Shown: positions 20,198 to 29,453 of the stretch, in pieces
How the letters are laid out: each line of letters opens with the position of its first letter
Position numbering within the stretch: position 1 is the first letter of the stretch
Assembly (NCBI GenBank): GCA_963825055.1
Contig: CAWGSK010000018.1
Coordinates: 1-64,000 of the forward strand
Reading direction: 5' to 3'
Source: an uncultured Gemmatimonadales bacterium
GTDB lineage: Bacteria; Gemmatimonadota; Gemmatimonadetes; Gemmatimonadales; GWC2-71-9
Length of the DNA: 64,000 nt
The notes under the pieces: model-generated
Told to the model about the DNA's origin: nothing
Databases searched by the model: none
What the model saw: the letters and a program-made list of their open reading frames with translations, nothing else
Position numbers and translations under genes: made by a program

Positions 20198-20470
20198 CTA
20201 CGCCGGGCCTTCCGTCCTGCCTCGGGCCAGCAGCCGCTCCGTGAAGTCGACCCGCTCCTGCAACTCCACCAGTTCCGTGCGCAGGTCCTGCACCTCACGT
20301 GACATCGCGTCCAGCTCCGCCGCGACGTCGCCGTCGATGCCTCCCGCCCGGAGCCTGGCCTCCTCCAACCGTGCCTTCTGGAGTTTCAGCAGGCCGGCGA
20401 AGATCACGCCCGCCACGGGAATGGACAGGGCAAGGATCGGGATGAGCAGGGCAAGCGAGTGACTATCCAT
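20198..20470 (-). CDS. Small membrane-anchored coiled-coil protein
   Basis: N-terminal TM helix; ELQERVDFTERLL coiled coil. Confidence 0.7.
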   Translation of the reverse strand: MDSHSLALLIPILALSIPVAGVIFAGLLKLQKARLEEARLRAGGIDGDVAAELDAMSREVQDLRTELVELQERVDFTERLLARGRTEGPA

Positions 20471-20507
20471 GGCACCGATCGTTTTCTGGGGACCAGCGAA
20501 TACTAAG

Positions 20508-20576
20508 TGGTCGAAGGTCGAAGGTCGAAGGTCGAAGTGAAATCTTTCGACCTTTGCCCTTCGACGTTCGACCTTT
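20508..20576. repeat. Facing heptamer arrays (GGTCGAA)n ... (TTCGACC)n between divergent genes
   Basis: ggtcgaa x4 followed by degenerate ttcgacc units. Confidence 0.8.
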
Positions 20577-20620
20577 ATCCTTTCACTGCAGCATCCAGCC
20601 ATCCCACACCGGAGGCCGGC

Positions 20621-21358
20621 GTGACCCATGACGCGCCGAACCCGTCATCCTTTCCCAGAACGCGGGTGTCGATCGTCGAGCAACTGCAGAGTCCGGATCC
20701 GGACGCCCGGCGCGAGGCGTTCGGTCGGCTGGTCACGGCCTACTGGAAGCCTGTCTACAAGTACGTCCGGCTTCGCTGGCACCGTTATCCGCAGGACGCC
20801 GAAGACCTGACCCAGGGGTTCCTCCTGGCGTCGTTCGAAAAGGACTATCTCGCCCGCTTCGACCCGGAGCGGGCCCGGTTCCGGACCTTTCTCCGCGTCT
20901 GCCTCGACCGCTACATCATGAATGCGGACAAGGGTGCCCGCGCCCGGAAGAGGGGTGGGGGGCGCATCGTCGTCAGCCTGGATTTCACCGGTGCGGAGGG
21001 TGAGATGCACGGCCACGAGCCGGCCGACCCCGGCGATACCGAGGCCTGCTTCCGCCAGGAGTTCCTTCGCGACCTGTTCAGCCGGACGGTCCGCGACGTA
21101 CGCGACGAGGCCCTGGCGGCGGGTCGCGACCGGCAATGGGCGGTGTTCGAGCGGTACGACCTGGGCCCCGCCGAGCGACGTACGTATGCCGATGTAGCCG
21201 CGGAGCTGGGCCTTACAGTGAGCCAGGTGACGAATGACCTGGCTGCCCTCCGCCGGAGCTTCCGGGCCCGCCTGCTCACCCACCTCCGCGACGCCTGTGG
21301 CAGCGAGGAGGAGTTCCGTGCGGAGGCCCGCGAACTGCTCGGCCTCGACGTCGCATGA
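20621..21358 (+). CDS. ECF sigma-70 factor (kinase-associated type)
   Basis: FPRTRVS, YWKPVYKY, DAEDLTQGF, RFRTFL, YADVAAELG HTH; GGAGG before GTG. Confidence 0.85.
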   Translation: MTHDAPNPSSFPRTRVSIVEQLQSPDPDARREAFGRLVTAYWKPVYKYVRLRWHRYPQDAEDLTQGFLLASFEKDYLARFDPERARFRTFLRVCLDRYIMNADKGARARKRGGGRIVVSLDFTGAEGEMHGHEPADPGDTEACFRQEFLRDLFSRTVRDVRDEALAAGRDRQWAVFERYDLGPAERRTYADVAAELGLTVSQVTNDLAALRRSFRARLLTHLRDACGSEEEFRAEARELLGLDVA

Positions 21359-22332
21359 ACTTCCTTCCCGACGAGACCGTCTCGCGCCTGCGGGCCGTGG
21401 CCGGCCGTACCACCCTGGATGCCGGCCGCTATGCCCTCGTCGAGGAGGTGGGCCGGGGCGGGATGGGCACCGTGTACCGCGCCACGGACGAGCGGCTGGG
21501 GCGCGACGTCGCCATCAAGATCGCGCACCATACGCTGGCGTCGGCCGGCCTCGAACGCCGGATGCGGACCGAGGCAAGAGTGCTCGCCGCCCTCGAACAT
21601 CCCGGAATCGTCCCGGTCCACGACGTGGGCACGCTGGATGACGGCCGGATGTACTACGTCATGAAGCTGGTGGATGGGGCTGCCCTGGATGCCCTGCTCG
21701 GCGGGATGGAATCCCGCGATGAGCGGCTCCGGCTCTTCGAACGCATCTGCGAGCCGGTGGCCTTCGCCCACGCCCGCGGCGTGGTCCACCGGGACTTGAA
21801 GCCCGCCAACATCATGGTCGGAGCGTTCGGGGAAGTCCTCGTCATGGACTGGGGGGTCGCCCGGATCCTCACGGAGTCCGATATCCCGGCCGAGGCCGCT
21901 GCGGGGGCACCGGGCACCACCGCCCCCGGCACTGTGATGGGCACCGCCGGGTACATGTCTCCGGAGCAGGCGGCAGGCGGGGCCGCCCACGCCGACCAGC
22001 GGGCGGACGTGTACGCCCTCGGCGCTGTCCTGGCCCGGATGGTGTCCGGCAGGGAGCCATCGGGAGCCGCCCCCCCGGACTTACCGAAGCTGCCGCGGCG
22101 CCTCCGGGCCATCATCGAACGGGCAATCGCGCCTCTCCCCGAAGACCGTTATCCGGACGCGGGCCGGCTCGCGGAGGACATCGCGCGATTCCGGGCGGGG
22201 CATCCGGTGGAGGCGTGGCCGGAGGGCCCCATGGAGAGGGCCGGACGCCTGGTGGTGCGGTACCGGGCGCCCATCCTCCTGGTCCTGGCCTATCTCGCGA
22301 TGCGCATCATCGTTGCCCTGGCCTCCAGATAA
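21355..22332 (+). CDS. Hanks-type Ser/Thr protein kinase with C-terminal TM helix
   Basis: GRGGMGTVY, VAIK, HRDLKPANIM, DWG, GTAGYMSPEQ, DVYALG; ATGA overlap with sigma factor. Confidence 0.93.
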   Translation: MNFLPDETVSRLRAVAGRTTLDAGRYALVEEVGRGGMGTVYRATDERLGRDVAIKIAHHTLASAGLERRMRTEARVLAALEHPGIVPVHDVGTLDDGRMYYVMKLVDGAALDALLGGMESRDERLRLFERICEPVAFAHARGVVHRDLKPANIMVGAFGEVLVMDWGVARILTESDIPAEAAAGAPGTTAPGTVMGTAGYMSPEQAAGGAAHADQRADVYALGAVLARMVSGREPSGAAPPDLPKLPRRLRAIIERAIAPLPEDRYPDAGRLAEDIARFRAGHPVEAWPEGPMERAGRLVVRYRAPILLVLAYLAMRIIVALASR

Positions 22333-22394
22333 AGGCAGCCCGCCGACCGCGTAATGGATGGTCGGGTACCTTCTTCCACTACCAGGAGGCAGTC

Positions 22395-22754
22395 ATGAAT
22401 AAGCCGGTGCTGGGACTCCTGCTCGGCGGTGTGCTGGGCATCTTCGACGGGCTGTCGGCCCTCATCTCCGCTCCCGAAACGGCGCCCCAGATCACGGGGA
22501 TCGTCATCGGATCGACCTTCAAGGGCCTCCTGGCGGGTGTGCTGATTGGCTGGTTCGCCAGGAAGGTGCACTCGGTCCCCGCCGGCATCCTCTTCGGCCT
22601 GGTGGTCGGCGCCGCCTTCGCGTTCATGGTTGCCGCCATGCCGAGCCCGGACGGCACACACTACTACTGGGAGATCATCCTCCCGGGGAGTGTCCTCGGC
22701 ATCATCGTCGGGTACGCCACCCAGCGGTTCGGCCGACAACCTGCCCGGGCCTGA
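22395..22754 (+). CDS. Small 4-TM membrane protein
   Basis: AGGAGG RBS; four hydrophobic Gly-rich helices. Confidence 0.75.
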   Translation: MNKPVLGLLLGGVLGIFDGLSALISAPETAPQITGIVIGSTFKGLLAGVLIGWFARKVHSVPAGILFGLVVGAAFAFMVAAMPSPDGTHYYWEIILPGSVLGIIVGYATQRFGRQPARA

Positions 22755-22846
22755 ACCCCCGCCCGGGAGGCGTGTGAAACAATCCGGGCCCGATTCTCGT
22801 TACGATATGAAACGGCAGGTCTTGCACATCGAGGATCGAGGGACAT

Positions 22847-23563
22847 ATGAACCGCTACTGGCTGCGCATCACTCTCGGTGCCCTGGGCATTTTCGTCGTG
22901 GGCATGCTCGTGATCGGATTCACTCGTCGGGGGGTCGAGAAGGTCAAGGAACTCGCCGCCCAGGACCATTTCTCCATTCCAATGGCATTCCTCCCCTTCC
23001 AGCTGGACGGCCACCGGCTTGGCCGGCTGGAAAGGGTGGGGGTGACCCGGTCCACCGATGGCCAGCTGCAGGGCTTCCGGTTCGTTGCCCGGCTGGACAG
23101 CGGGGAGGCCGCTCCTTCCCTCAGCCAGTGTCTCGTGGGGATGCCGGATGTGGGCGACCTCGGCGGCGGAGCAAAGTTCGTCTGCCTGGAGGCCTCGGAC
23201 AGCGCATCCGGGTCGTATGTTCCCTTCGGGACCGTGACGTTCAAGCCCGACGGACTTGACCGGACCCTGTATGTGCCGGCGGACATGACCCACGGGATTC
23301 AGGCCAATGTGGTTGCTCCCGTGGCACCCGCGCCCCCCGCAGCGAAGACCGCTTCGACGGTGAACATCAACGTCCCCGATCCCTCGGTCCATATCCGGGC
23401 GGACGAGCAGGGCGCACACATGGACATCCAGGGCAAGGGTGCCGGCCTGTTCCACCTCCGGGCCGATTCCAATGGCGCCCGGCTGGTCATCCGGGACTCC
23501 GCGGGTCGAATCATTATGAACCTGAAGGCGGATTCGACCGGCGCGGCCTTTGACGTAGAGTAA
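22847..23563 (+). CDS. Hypothetical membrane-anchored protein
   Basis: GAGGG RBS, N-terminal TM, beta-rich C-terminus. Confidence 0.65.
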   Translation: MNRYWLRITLGALGIFVVGMLVIGFTRRGVEKVKELAAQDHFSIPMAFLPFQLDGHRLGRLERVGVTRSTDGQLQGFRFVARLDSGEAAPSLSQCLVGMPDVGDLGGGAKFVCLEASDSASGSYVPFGTVTFKPDGLDRTLYVPADMTHGIQANVVAPVAPAPPAAKTASTVNINVPDPSVHIRADEQGAHMDIQGKGAGLFHLRADSNGARLVIRDSAGRIIMNLKADSTGAAFDVE

Positions 23564-23690
23564 GGGAAGAGGGAAGAGGCAACAGGGAAAAGGGAATGGA
23601 AGCGAAAGGCCCGCCGGGGACTGCCGGCGGGCCTTTCGTCTGTTCGGAGATACTGCTCCCTATTCCCTATTCCCTACTCCCTGTTCTCCG
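23563..23690. repeat. Facing heptamer arrays (AGGGAAN)n ... (TCCCTAY)n flanking the terminator
   Basis: agggaag agggaag aggcaac agggaaa agggaat / tccctat tccctat tccctac. Confidence 0.75.
23603..23638. terminator. Bidirectional intrinsic terminator
   Basis: gaaaggcccgccgg-ggactg-ccggcgggcctttc between convergent genes. Confidence 0.8.
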
Positions 23691-23692
23691 TC

Positions 23693-25399
23693 CTATTGCT
23701 TGCACTGCCCCTTCGGATCAGGCTTCGGCTTGTCCACTACCACGCGGTGGTCGAGGTTCGCCACCTGTGCGGCCATGTCGTGCACGAAGCGCCCGATCCG
23801 CGCCATCTTGTCGTAGTTGATGTATTGCGGCTCGTCCGTCACCTGGTGGTAGTCCCGGTGGGTGCCCGTAGTGAAGAAGACGATGGGGATGCCGTAGCGC
23901 GCGTACATGTAATGATCGCTGCGGCAGTAGTAGTTGGACGGGTGGCCGTCAGCGTCGTACTGGTAGTCGAAGCTGAACCCGAACGATCCGCTCGTGTTCA
24001 CCTCTTCCACCATGTCACCCAGTTCGGTGCTCAGCCGTCGCGAGCCGATGAGCTGGACGTAACCCGGCCCGCCGTTGGGCACGTCCTCCGGGTTGCCCCG
24101 GCCCACCATGTCCATGTTGAGCTGCGCGACGATCGAATCCCGCGGGACGGTGGGGTGGTCGGTATAGTACGCCGATCCCCAGAGGCCCTTTTCTTCTCCC
24201 GTATGCCAGACGAAGAGCAGTGACCGCTTCGGACGGTCTTTTGCCCCGGAGAAAGCCTGGGCAATCTCCAGCACCGTGACGGTCCCGGAACCGTCGTCGT
24301 CGGCCCCGTTGTAGATCGAGTCCAGGCGCGGGCCGCGGAGGGCGCGGAGGCTGTCCAGCGACTTCTGGATCTTCGCCGCCTGTTCAGCGTCGGGCTGCTT
24401 CGGCTGGTCCTCGGCGCCGCCCGGCTGCATGATGCCCAGATACGCGCGCATGGAGTCGTGGTCGACTGGCTTGCCCATGCCGATGTGGTCGTTATGCGCC
24501 CCAATCGCGACGTATTCCCCCTTGAGCGCCGGGTCGCTGCCCGGCAGGATCGCGACAACGTTCCTGGCGGCGGCCTCCGGCGGTCCGTCAACGAAGCCGA
24601 TGGAACCGCCCATCGCCGTGCCGGCCGTCCCCGGCGCCAGTCCCTCAAGCGGCCCGCCCATGATGGCTTCTGCCACCGATGGGGTCACGAAGATGAGGAG
24701 TGGGCCGGTCGGTCCCTGCTCCGCGTCATCTCCCTTGAGGCTCGTGCGCGGGGTCTGCAGGAAGCCGCGGAAATTGGGAGGCATGACATCGAGGTTCGCC
24801 ATGATCACGGCCGACGCTCCCGCGAGGGCCTGCATTGTGCCCCGGCTCACCGAGAAGCGGCGTTCACCGTTAGGGGCATGCTGCGCCGCGAGCACCACGA
24901 CCTTGCCGTTCGCATCAGCGGGGCTGATCAGGTTTGCCGTGTCCGCGACCTGGCCGCCATAAACCACCGGGACTCCCGCGATCGTCCCGGTCCTGCCAAT
25001 GGGGAGGCCGAAGCCGGGGGCGAGCGGGAAATATTCTTCCCACAGAGTGAAGGTGCGGCCGCCGGCGCTCAGTGAAGTGCCCGGCGCGATATCCACTTTC
25101 GTGAGCGGGACTTCCTGGAAGTATGTGCCGTTCTCACCGGCCGGCGTGAGGCCCATGCGGCGGACCTGGTCCGCGATATATGTGGTGGCCATGTAGTTGC
25201 CGGTCGTCCCGGCCTCACGGCCCATCATGGAGTCGGCCGCGTAGGCGAACAGCCGCTGGCGCAGATCCTGGGCAGTGATGGCTGTGGACGTGCCACCCGA
25301 CGGCGCCGGGCCGGCCGCCGTGCCCTGGCTTCCACCACAGCCTAGCGACGGCAGGGTGGCCAGCATTGCGCAGAAAGCGATACGATGAGCAGGTCTCAC
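23693..25399 (-). CDS. M28-family aminopeptidase (PA-domain lipoprotein)
   Basis: SLGC lipobox; GAHNDHIG, NGADDDGSG, GEEKGLWGS, NMDMVGR, RSDH, DYHQVTDE; start approximate. Confidence 0.9.
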   Translation of the reverse strand: MRPAHRIAFCAMLATLPSLGCGGSQGTAAGPAPSGGTSTAITAQDLRQRLFAYAADSMMGREAGTTGNYMATTYIADQVRRMGLTPAGENGTYFQEVPLTKVDIAPGTSLSAGGRTFTLWEEYFPLAPGFGLPIGRTGTIAGVPVVYGGQVADTANLISPADANGKVVVLAAQHAPNGERRFSVSRGTMQALAGASAVIMANLDVMPPNFRGFLQTPRTSLKGDDAEQGPTGPLLIFVTPSVAEAIMGGPLEGLAPGTAGTAMGGSIGFVDGPPEAAARNVVAILPGSDPALKGEYVAIGAHNDHIGMGKPVDHDSMRAYLGIMQPGGAEDQPKQPDAEQAAKIQKSLDSLRALRGPRLDSIYNGADDDGSGTVTVLEIAQAFSGAKDRPKRSLLFVWHTGEEKGLWGSAYYTDHPTVPRDSIVAQLNMDMVGRGNPEDVPNGGPGYVQLIGSRRLSTELGDMVEEVNTSGSFGFSFDYQYDADGHPSNYYCRSDHYMYARYGIPIVFFTTGTHRDYHQVTDEPQYINYDKMARIGRFVHDMAAQVANLDHRVVVDKPKPDPKGQCKQ

Positions 25400-25518
25400 G
25401 AGCGTTCCCCTGGATGAAGTTGGCGGAGGGCCGGAACCTTCCGGCCCGAGCAACGTACGGGGGGCCGGCGCGCGGGGTTTCTCCCCGAGCCGGACGGAAT
25501 GTAGCACAGGGAGGTCCC

Positions 25519-26661
25519 ATGGGCCGATACGCGGTCGCGGATGTGTGCGTGGTGGGACTGGGGGCCATGGGAGCGGCCACCACATGGGCGCTGGCCCGTC
25601 GCGGCGTGACCGTGGTCGGGGTTGATCGCCTGGATCCTCCCCATGCCCTCGGTTCGACCCACGGCCGGACCCGGATCATCCGGCAGGCGTATTTCGAGGA
25701 TCCGCTGTACGTGCCGTTTCTCCGCCGGGCGGCGGAACTCTGGGCTGAGCTGGAGCGGGTATCCGGCGAACGGCTTTTCCTTCCTACCGGCGGGCTGATG
25801 ATCGGCCCTCCGGACGGAACCCTGCTGGCTGGGGCCGCCGAGAGCGCCCGGCTGCACGGGATCCCCCACGAAATGCTCGACGCCACCGCAGTGCACGAGC
25901 GCTTCCCGGCGTACCGGCCTGCGGGACACCATCTCGCCCTGTTCGATCCTGGAGCGGGAGTGCTCATGCCCGAGCGGATCGTGTCTACCATGCTTGATCT
26001 TGCCCGCCAGGCCGGAGCCACCCTGATGACCGGCGCGACGATGACCGGATGGGAACAGCATGACGGCCATGTCACGGTGCATGTCGATGATCGCGTGGTG
26101 GAGGCCGGCAGCATGGTACTGGCGGCCGGTCCATGGATGCCCGGTCTCCTTGCCCGCCTGGCGCTGCCGCTTTCGGTTGAGCGTCAGCTGGCCCACTGGT
26201 TCGCGCCGGTGGCACGGCCGGAGATCCACGGTCCTGACTGCTGTCCCATCGCCCTGGCGGAGGAGGATGGCGGAAGGCTCTTTGCCACTTTCCCCGACCT
26301 GGGCGATGGCGTGAAGATGGGCATTCATCATGAGGGCGACCTCACTACCCCGGCGGCTGTGGTGCGCGAGGTGAGCGAGGGTGAGACCATCGAGCGGCGC
26401 GAAACCCTCCGGCGGCTCATGCCGGATGCCGCCGGCGACCTCCGTGACGCGGTGGTCTGCCTCTACACCAACACCCCTGATCGCCGCTTTGTGATCGATC
26501 GCCATCCCGGGATGGACCGGGTCGTGATCGCCAGTGCGTGTTCGGGACACGGCTTCAAGTTCGCCAGCGTGATCGGTGAGGTCCTGGCCGATCTGGCGAC
26601 CAACACGCCTCCGGCGCTGAGTATCGCGCCGTTCGCGCTCGAGCGTTTCAGGGCGAGCTGA
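25519..26661 (+). CDS. solA: N-methyl-L-tryptophan oxidase / monomeric sarcosine oxidase family
   Basis: VVGLGAMG, GSTHGRTRIIRQAYFE, CLYTNTPD, CSGHGFKF. Confidence 0.85.
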   Translation: MGRYAVADVCVVGLGAMGAATTWALARRGVTVVGVDRLDPPHALGSTHGRTRIIRQAYFEDPLYVPFLRRAAELWAELERVSGERLFLPTGGLMIGPPDGTLLAGAAESARLHGIPHEMLDATAVHERFPAYRPAGHHLALFDPGAGVLMPERIVSTMLDLARQAGATLMTGATMTGWEQHDGHVTVHVDDRVVEAGSMVLAAGPWMPGLLARLALPLSVERQLAHWFAPVARPEIHGPDCCPIALAEEDGGRLFATFPDLGDGVKMGIHHEGDLTTPAAVVREVSEGETIERRETLRRLMPDAAGDLRDAVVCLYTNTPDRRFVIDRHPGMDRVVIASACSGHGFKFASVIGEVLADLATNTPPALSIAPFALERFRAS

Positions 26662-26722
26662 CTGTGCGGATGTCAACCGCCCCGGCGTCTCCCCGTCCAC
26701 AGCCCTTCAATCCCTCGCCGAG

Positions 26723-27631
26723 GTGCCGATCATGCTGCGGCCGAATCGCCTGTTCGTGCTTCTGCTCGTGCTTCTGGTCCCCGCCGTGCTTCCCGCGCAG
26801 GGCGTCACGATCGACTCTGCCCGAGCCCTCATCGGGGCCGAGCGCTGGAGTGACGCGGCCACCGCGTGGGAGTCTATCATTCGCCGGGACAGCACGCAGG
26901 GGGAGGCCTGGTATCGACTGGGTATGGCCCGACAGGCCCTCAAGGACTACCCGGCAGCGGTCAGGGCGTTCCGCCGCGCGCAGGAACTCGGGTTCCAGCC
27001 CGGCGGCGCGGACTACCGCCTGGCCCGGGTCTACGCCGTCACCGGCCGGGACGACTCGGCCTTTGCGCACCTCCAGAAACTGGCGGACGGTGGGTTCGGC
27101 CAGACAGCGCTGGTAGCCGACGAGCAGGACTTCACCCACCTGCGTGACCAGTCCCGGCTGGCCCGGCTCGTCGAGCAGATCCGCGGGAACCAGTATCCCT
27201 GCCAGTCTCGTGAGGAGGCGAAGCAGTTCGATTTCTGGATCGGGAGGTGGAATGTGACGGTCGGCGGACGGCAGGCCGGCGTGAACGAGGTCTACCCCAT
27301 CCTCGAGCATTGCGTCATCTACGAAAACTGGTCCGGGGCGCAGGGCGGGAACGGCAAGAGCTTCAACTTCTGGGACGCGCAGCGAAATCACTGGCGGCAG
27401 GTCTGGGTGGCGGACGGCGGAAATGTCCTGGAGTACACCGGCGAGTACCGTGACGGCGCCATGCGCTTTCGTGGGTTCACCCTCACCGCGTCCGGCGACA
27501 CGGTCCTGCAGAAGCTCACGTTCTTCAACGTGGCGCCCGACACCGTACGCCAGCTCTTCGAGGCCAGCCAGGACGGTGGTCGGACGTGGCAGGCGACGTT
27601 TGACGGGTTGTACGTGAAAAGCAGTGAGTAG
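26723..27631 (+). CDS. Secreted TPR protein with C-terminal beta domain (DUF1579-like)
   Basis: Signal peptide; AWYRLG..., DYRLARVYA TPRs; QFDFWIGRWNV, WRQVWVADGG. Confidence 0.7.
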   Translation: MPIMLRPNRLFVLLLVLLVPAVLPAQGVTIDSARALIGAERWSDAATAWESIIRRDSTQGEAWYRLGMARQALKDYPAAVRAFRRAQELGFQPGGADYRLARVYAVTGRDDSAFAHLQKLADGGFGQTALVADEQDFTHLRDQSRLARLVEQIRGNQYPCQSREEAKQFDFWIGRWNVTVGGRQAGVNEVYPILEHCVIYENWSGAQGGNGKSFNFWDAQRNHWRQVWVADGGNVLEYTGEYRDGAMRFRGFTLTASGDTVLQKLTFFNVAPDTVRQLFEASQDGGRTWQATFDGLYVKSSE

Positions 27632-27725
27632 TGAGTAGTGGGTAGAGAGTAGTGAGTAGTGAGTAGTGCTTCACTGCGGAGATCTCACCCTGAAGCACTA
27701 ATCACTAATCACTAATCTCTACTCG
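27620..27725. repeat. Facing heptamer arrays (AGTGAGT)n ... (CACTAAT)n between convergent genes
   Basis: agtgagt x~6 and cactaat x3, each overlapping a stop codon. Confidence 0.85.
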
Positions 27726-29417
27726 CCGCTTTCTCATTCCCCACGCAAACCACGCCACGCTCAGCAGCCACGCCGCATAGAGGGCCACACGGATCGGGTG
27801 CCACGCGATGGTCTCGATCACCTGCGCGGGGGCGCCGAGCCCGCCCAGCAGCGTCCGGCTCAACTGCTCGACCGTAAACCACCCCCAGAGCAACGCAGCC
27901 CAGACCAGGGCCACGCGCGTGCCGGCGCCCGGCCGGAGTGCTGGTGGGAGGCGCCGCACGTTCAGGCAGCCCACGACCAGGGCGAACAGGTACATGCTGG
28001 CGATGGTAAACGGCCCCGCGATCAGAACGAGAAAGTCGGGCTGGAGGCCCTCCAGCGCCCTGCCGCCCACCCATGAGGCAATGATGATCGCCGCCGAGGC
28101 GAGGACGAACACCGTGAGCACGGTGAGGAACGTCCGCTTCAGCGTCCAGGTGGCCGTGTGCCGGCCATACCGCTCATGAAAGATGCTGCCGACGATCCGT
28201 GTCACCGTGTCCACAATGCCCAGTTGCGTGCTGAAGAGGACGAAGGCCCCGCCCAGCAGGAAGGCCACCTCGAGCCACCGCCCGCCGATGCGCGCGAGGA
28301 CGGCGCCCTGCTGCGCCACCATCTCGCCCAGGTTGCCGGCCAGGCCGGTGTTGCCGGTCCCCAGTGTCGCTGTCACCACGAGAGACGTGATCACCACGCT
28401 GACCAGGATCAGCACGACGAACGTGACCAGGAGCTCGGTGCGGGATACGCGAAGCCATGCCCGGAAGCGGGCCAGGGGCACTGGTGCCGAGCTGTCGAAC
28501 ACGTACCCTGTCTCGCTTACGTGTTCATTGGTTCCCCGAATGCCGGCGATCCGCCCCTGGTAGGCCGCCATCCCGAAGCCCTTGTCGCGAAGCCAGAGCG
28601 ACTGGGCCAGCAGCAGCGTGCCGCCACTGCCGGCGTACGCGACCGCGATGAGCAGGGTGGGGAACTGGGAACCGCGGAGCAGGTCGTCGGGGGCGTGGCC
28701 GATGGACCCGGCACCCTTGAGCAGGGCGAGGACATCCGACGGCAGCACGCCCACCAGGATCAGGACCAGGGCGAGCAGCGGGAAGAACCCCAGCACGAGG
28801 CCGATTTCAAATCGCTCGAGCGCGTTATACACGATCCGGCTGCCCGCAAGGCCGATATAGATCACGGCCAGCATGAGCAGCGCGATCGGCTGCCAGGCGA
28901 TGTCTGTTCCGGTCAGGAGTGAGACGATCCGGCCGGTGAACTCGGCGGACTGCGATGCCCAGCCCGGCCAGAAAAAACTGACCAGCGTGGCCACCAGGAA
29001 GAACCAGGGCCAGAACGCGAAGCGGTCAAGGCGCGCCATGCCGCCGAAGACCGATTCACCGGTGGCAATGGTCCAGCGCTCGATCTCCAGGATGACGAAG
29101 AACTGGGTGACCACGCCCACCCAGAAGAGCCACCAGATGCCATACCCGTTCACGGTGATGAGATTCGGCCAGAGGAGGAACTCGCCCGCGCCCAGGCCCA
29201 TGCCCAGCGCGATGACGGAAGGGCCGATCAGGTGCCGGAGGCGCGGGACCCGGGGGATGTCGTCGAGTTGCCGGAAGGGCGGGCCGTGCCCGGGATCAGG
29301 GAAGGGCTCCCCGGCCGGCGCCTCAGCCAGGGTGTCTTCCTCCAGTGGCTGGAAGACACCGTCACGATACCGGCGCCCTTCTTCGTCGGTGCATCGGATC
29401 TCGTCGGGCTGCGGCAT
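27705..29417 (-). CDS. Nramp-like (APC superfamily) membrane transporter
   Basis: IGPSVIALGMGLGAGEFLLWP, ERWTIATGES, LFSTQLGIVD; ~12 TM. Confidence 0.8.
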   Translation of the reverse strand: MPQPDEIRCTDEEGRRYRDGVFQPLEEDTLAEAPAGEPFPDPGHGPPFRQLDDIPRVPRLRHLIGPSVIALGMGLGAGEFLLWPNLITVNGYGIWWLFWVGVVTQFFVILEIERWTIATGESVFGGMARLDRFAFWPWFFLVATLVSFFWPGWASQSAEFTGRIVSLLTGTDIAWQPIALLMLAVIYIGLAGSRIVYNALERFEIGLVLGFFPLLALVLILVGVLPSDVLALLKGAGSIGHAPDDLLRGSQFPTLLIAVAYAGSGGTLLLAQSLWLRDKGFGMAAYQGRIAGIRGTNEHVSETGYVFDSSAPVPLARFRAWLRVSRTELLVTFVVLILVSVVITSLVVTATLGTGNTGLAGNLGEMVAQQGAVLARIGGRWLEVAFLLGGAFVLFSTQLGIVDTVTRIVGSIFHERYGRHTATWTLKRTFLTVLTVFVLASAAIIIASWVGGRALEGLQPDFLVLIAGPFTIASMYLFALVVGCLNVRRLPPALRPGAGTRVALVWAALLWGWFTVEQLSRTLLGGLGAPAQVIETIAWHPIRVALYAAWLLSVAWFAWGMRKRRVEISD

Positions 29418-29453
29418 GCGTCCTCGCGAAGGAAGCGGGCCTGTCGGGGGTTC

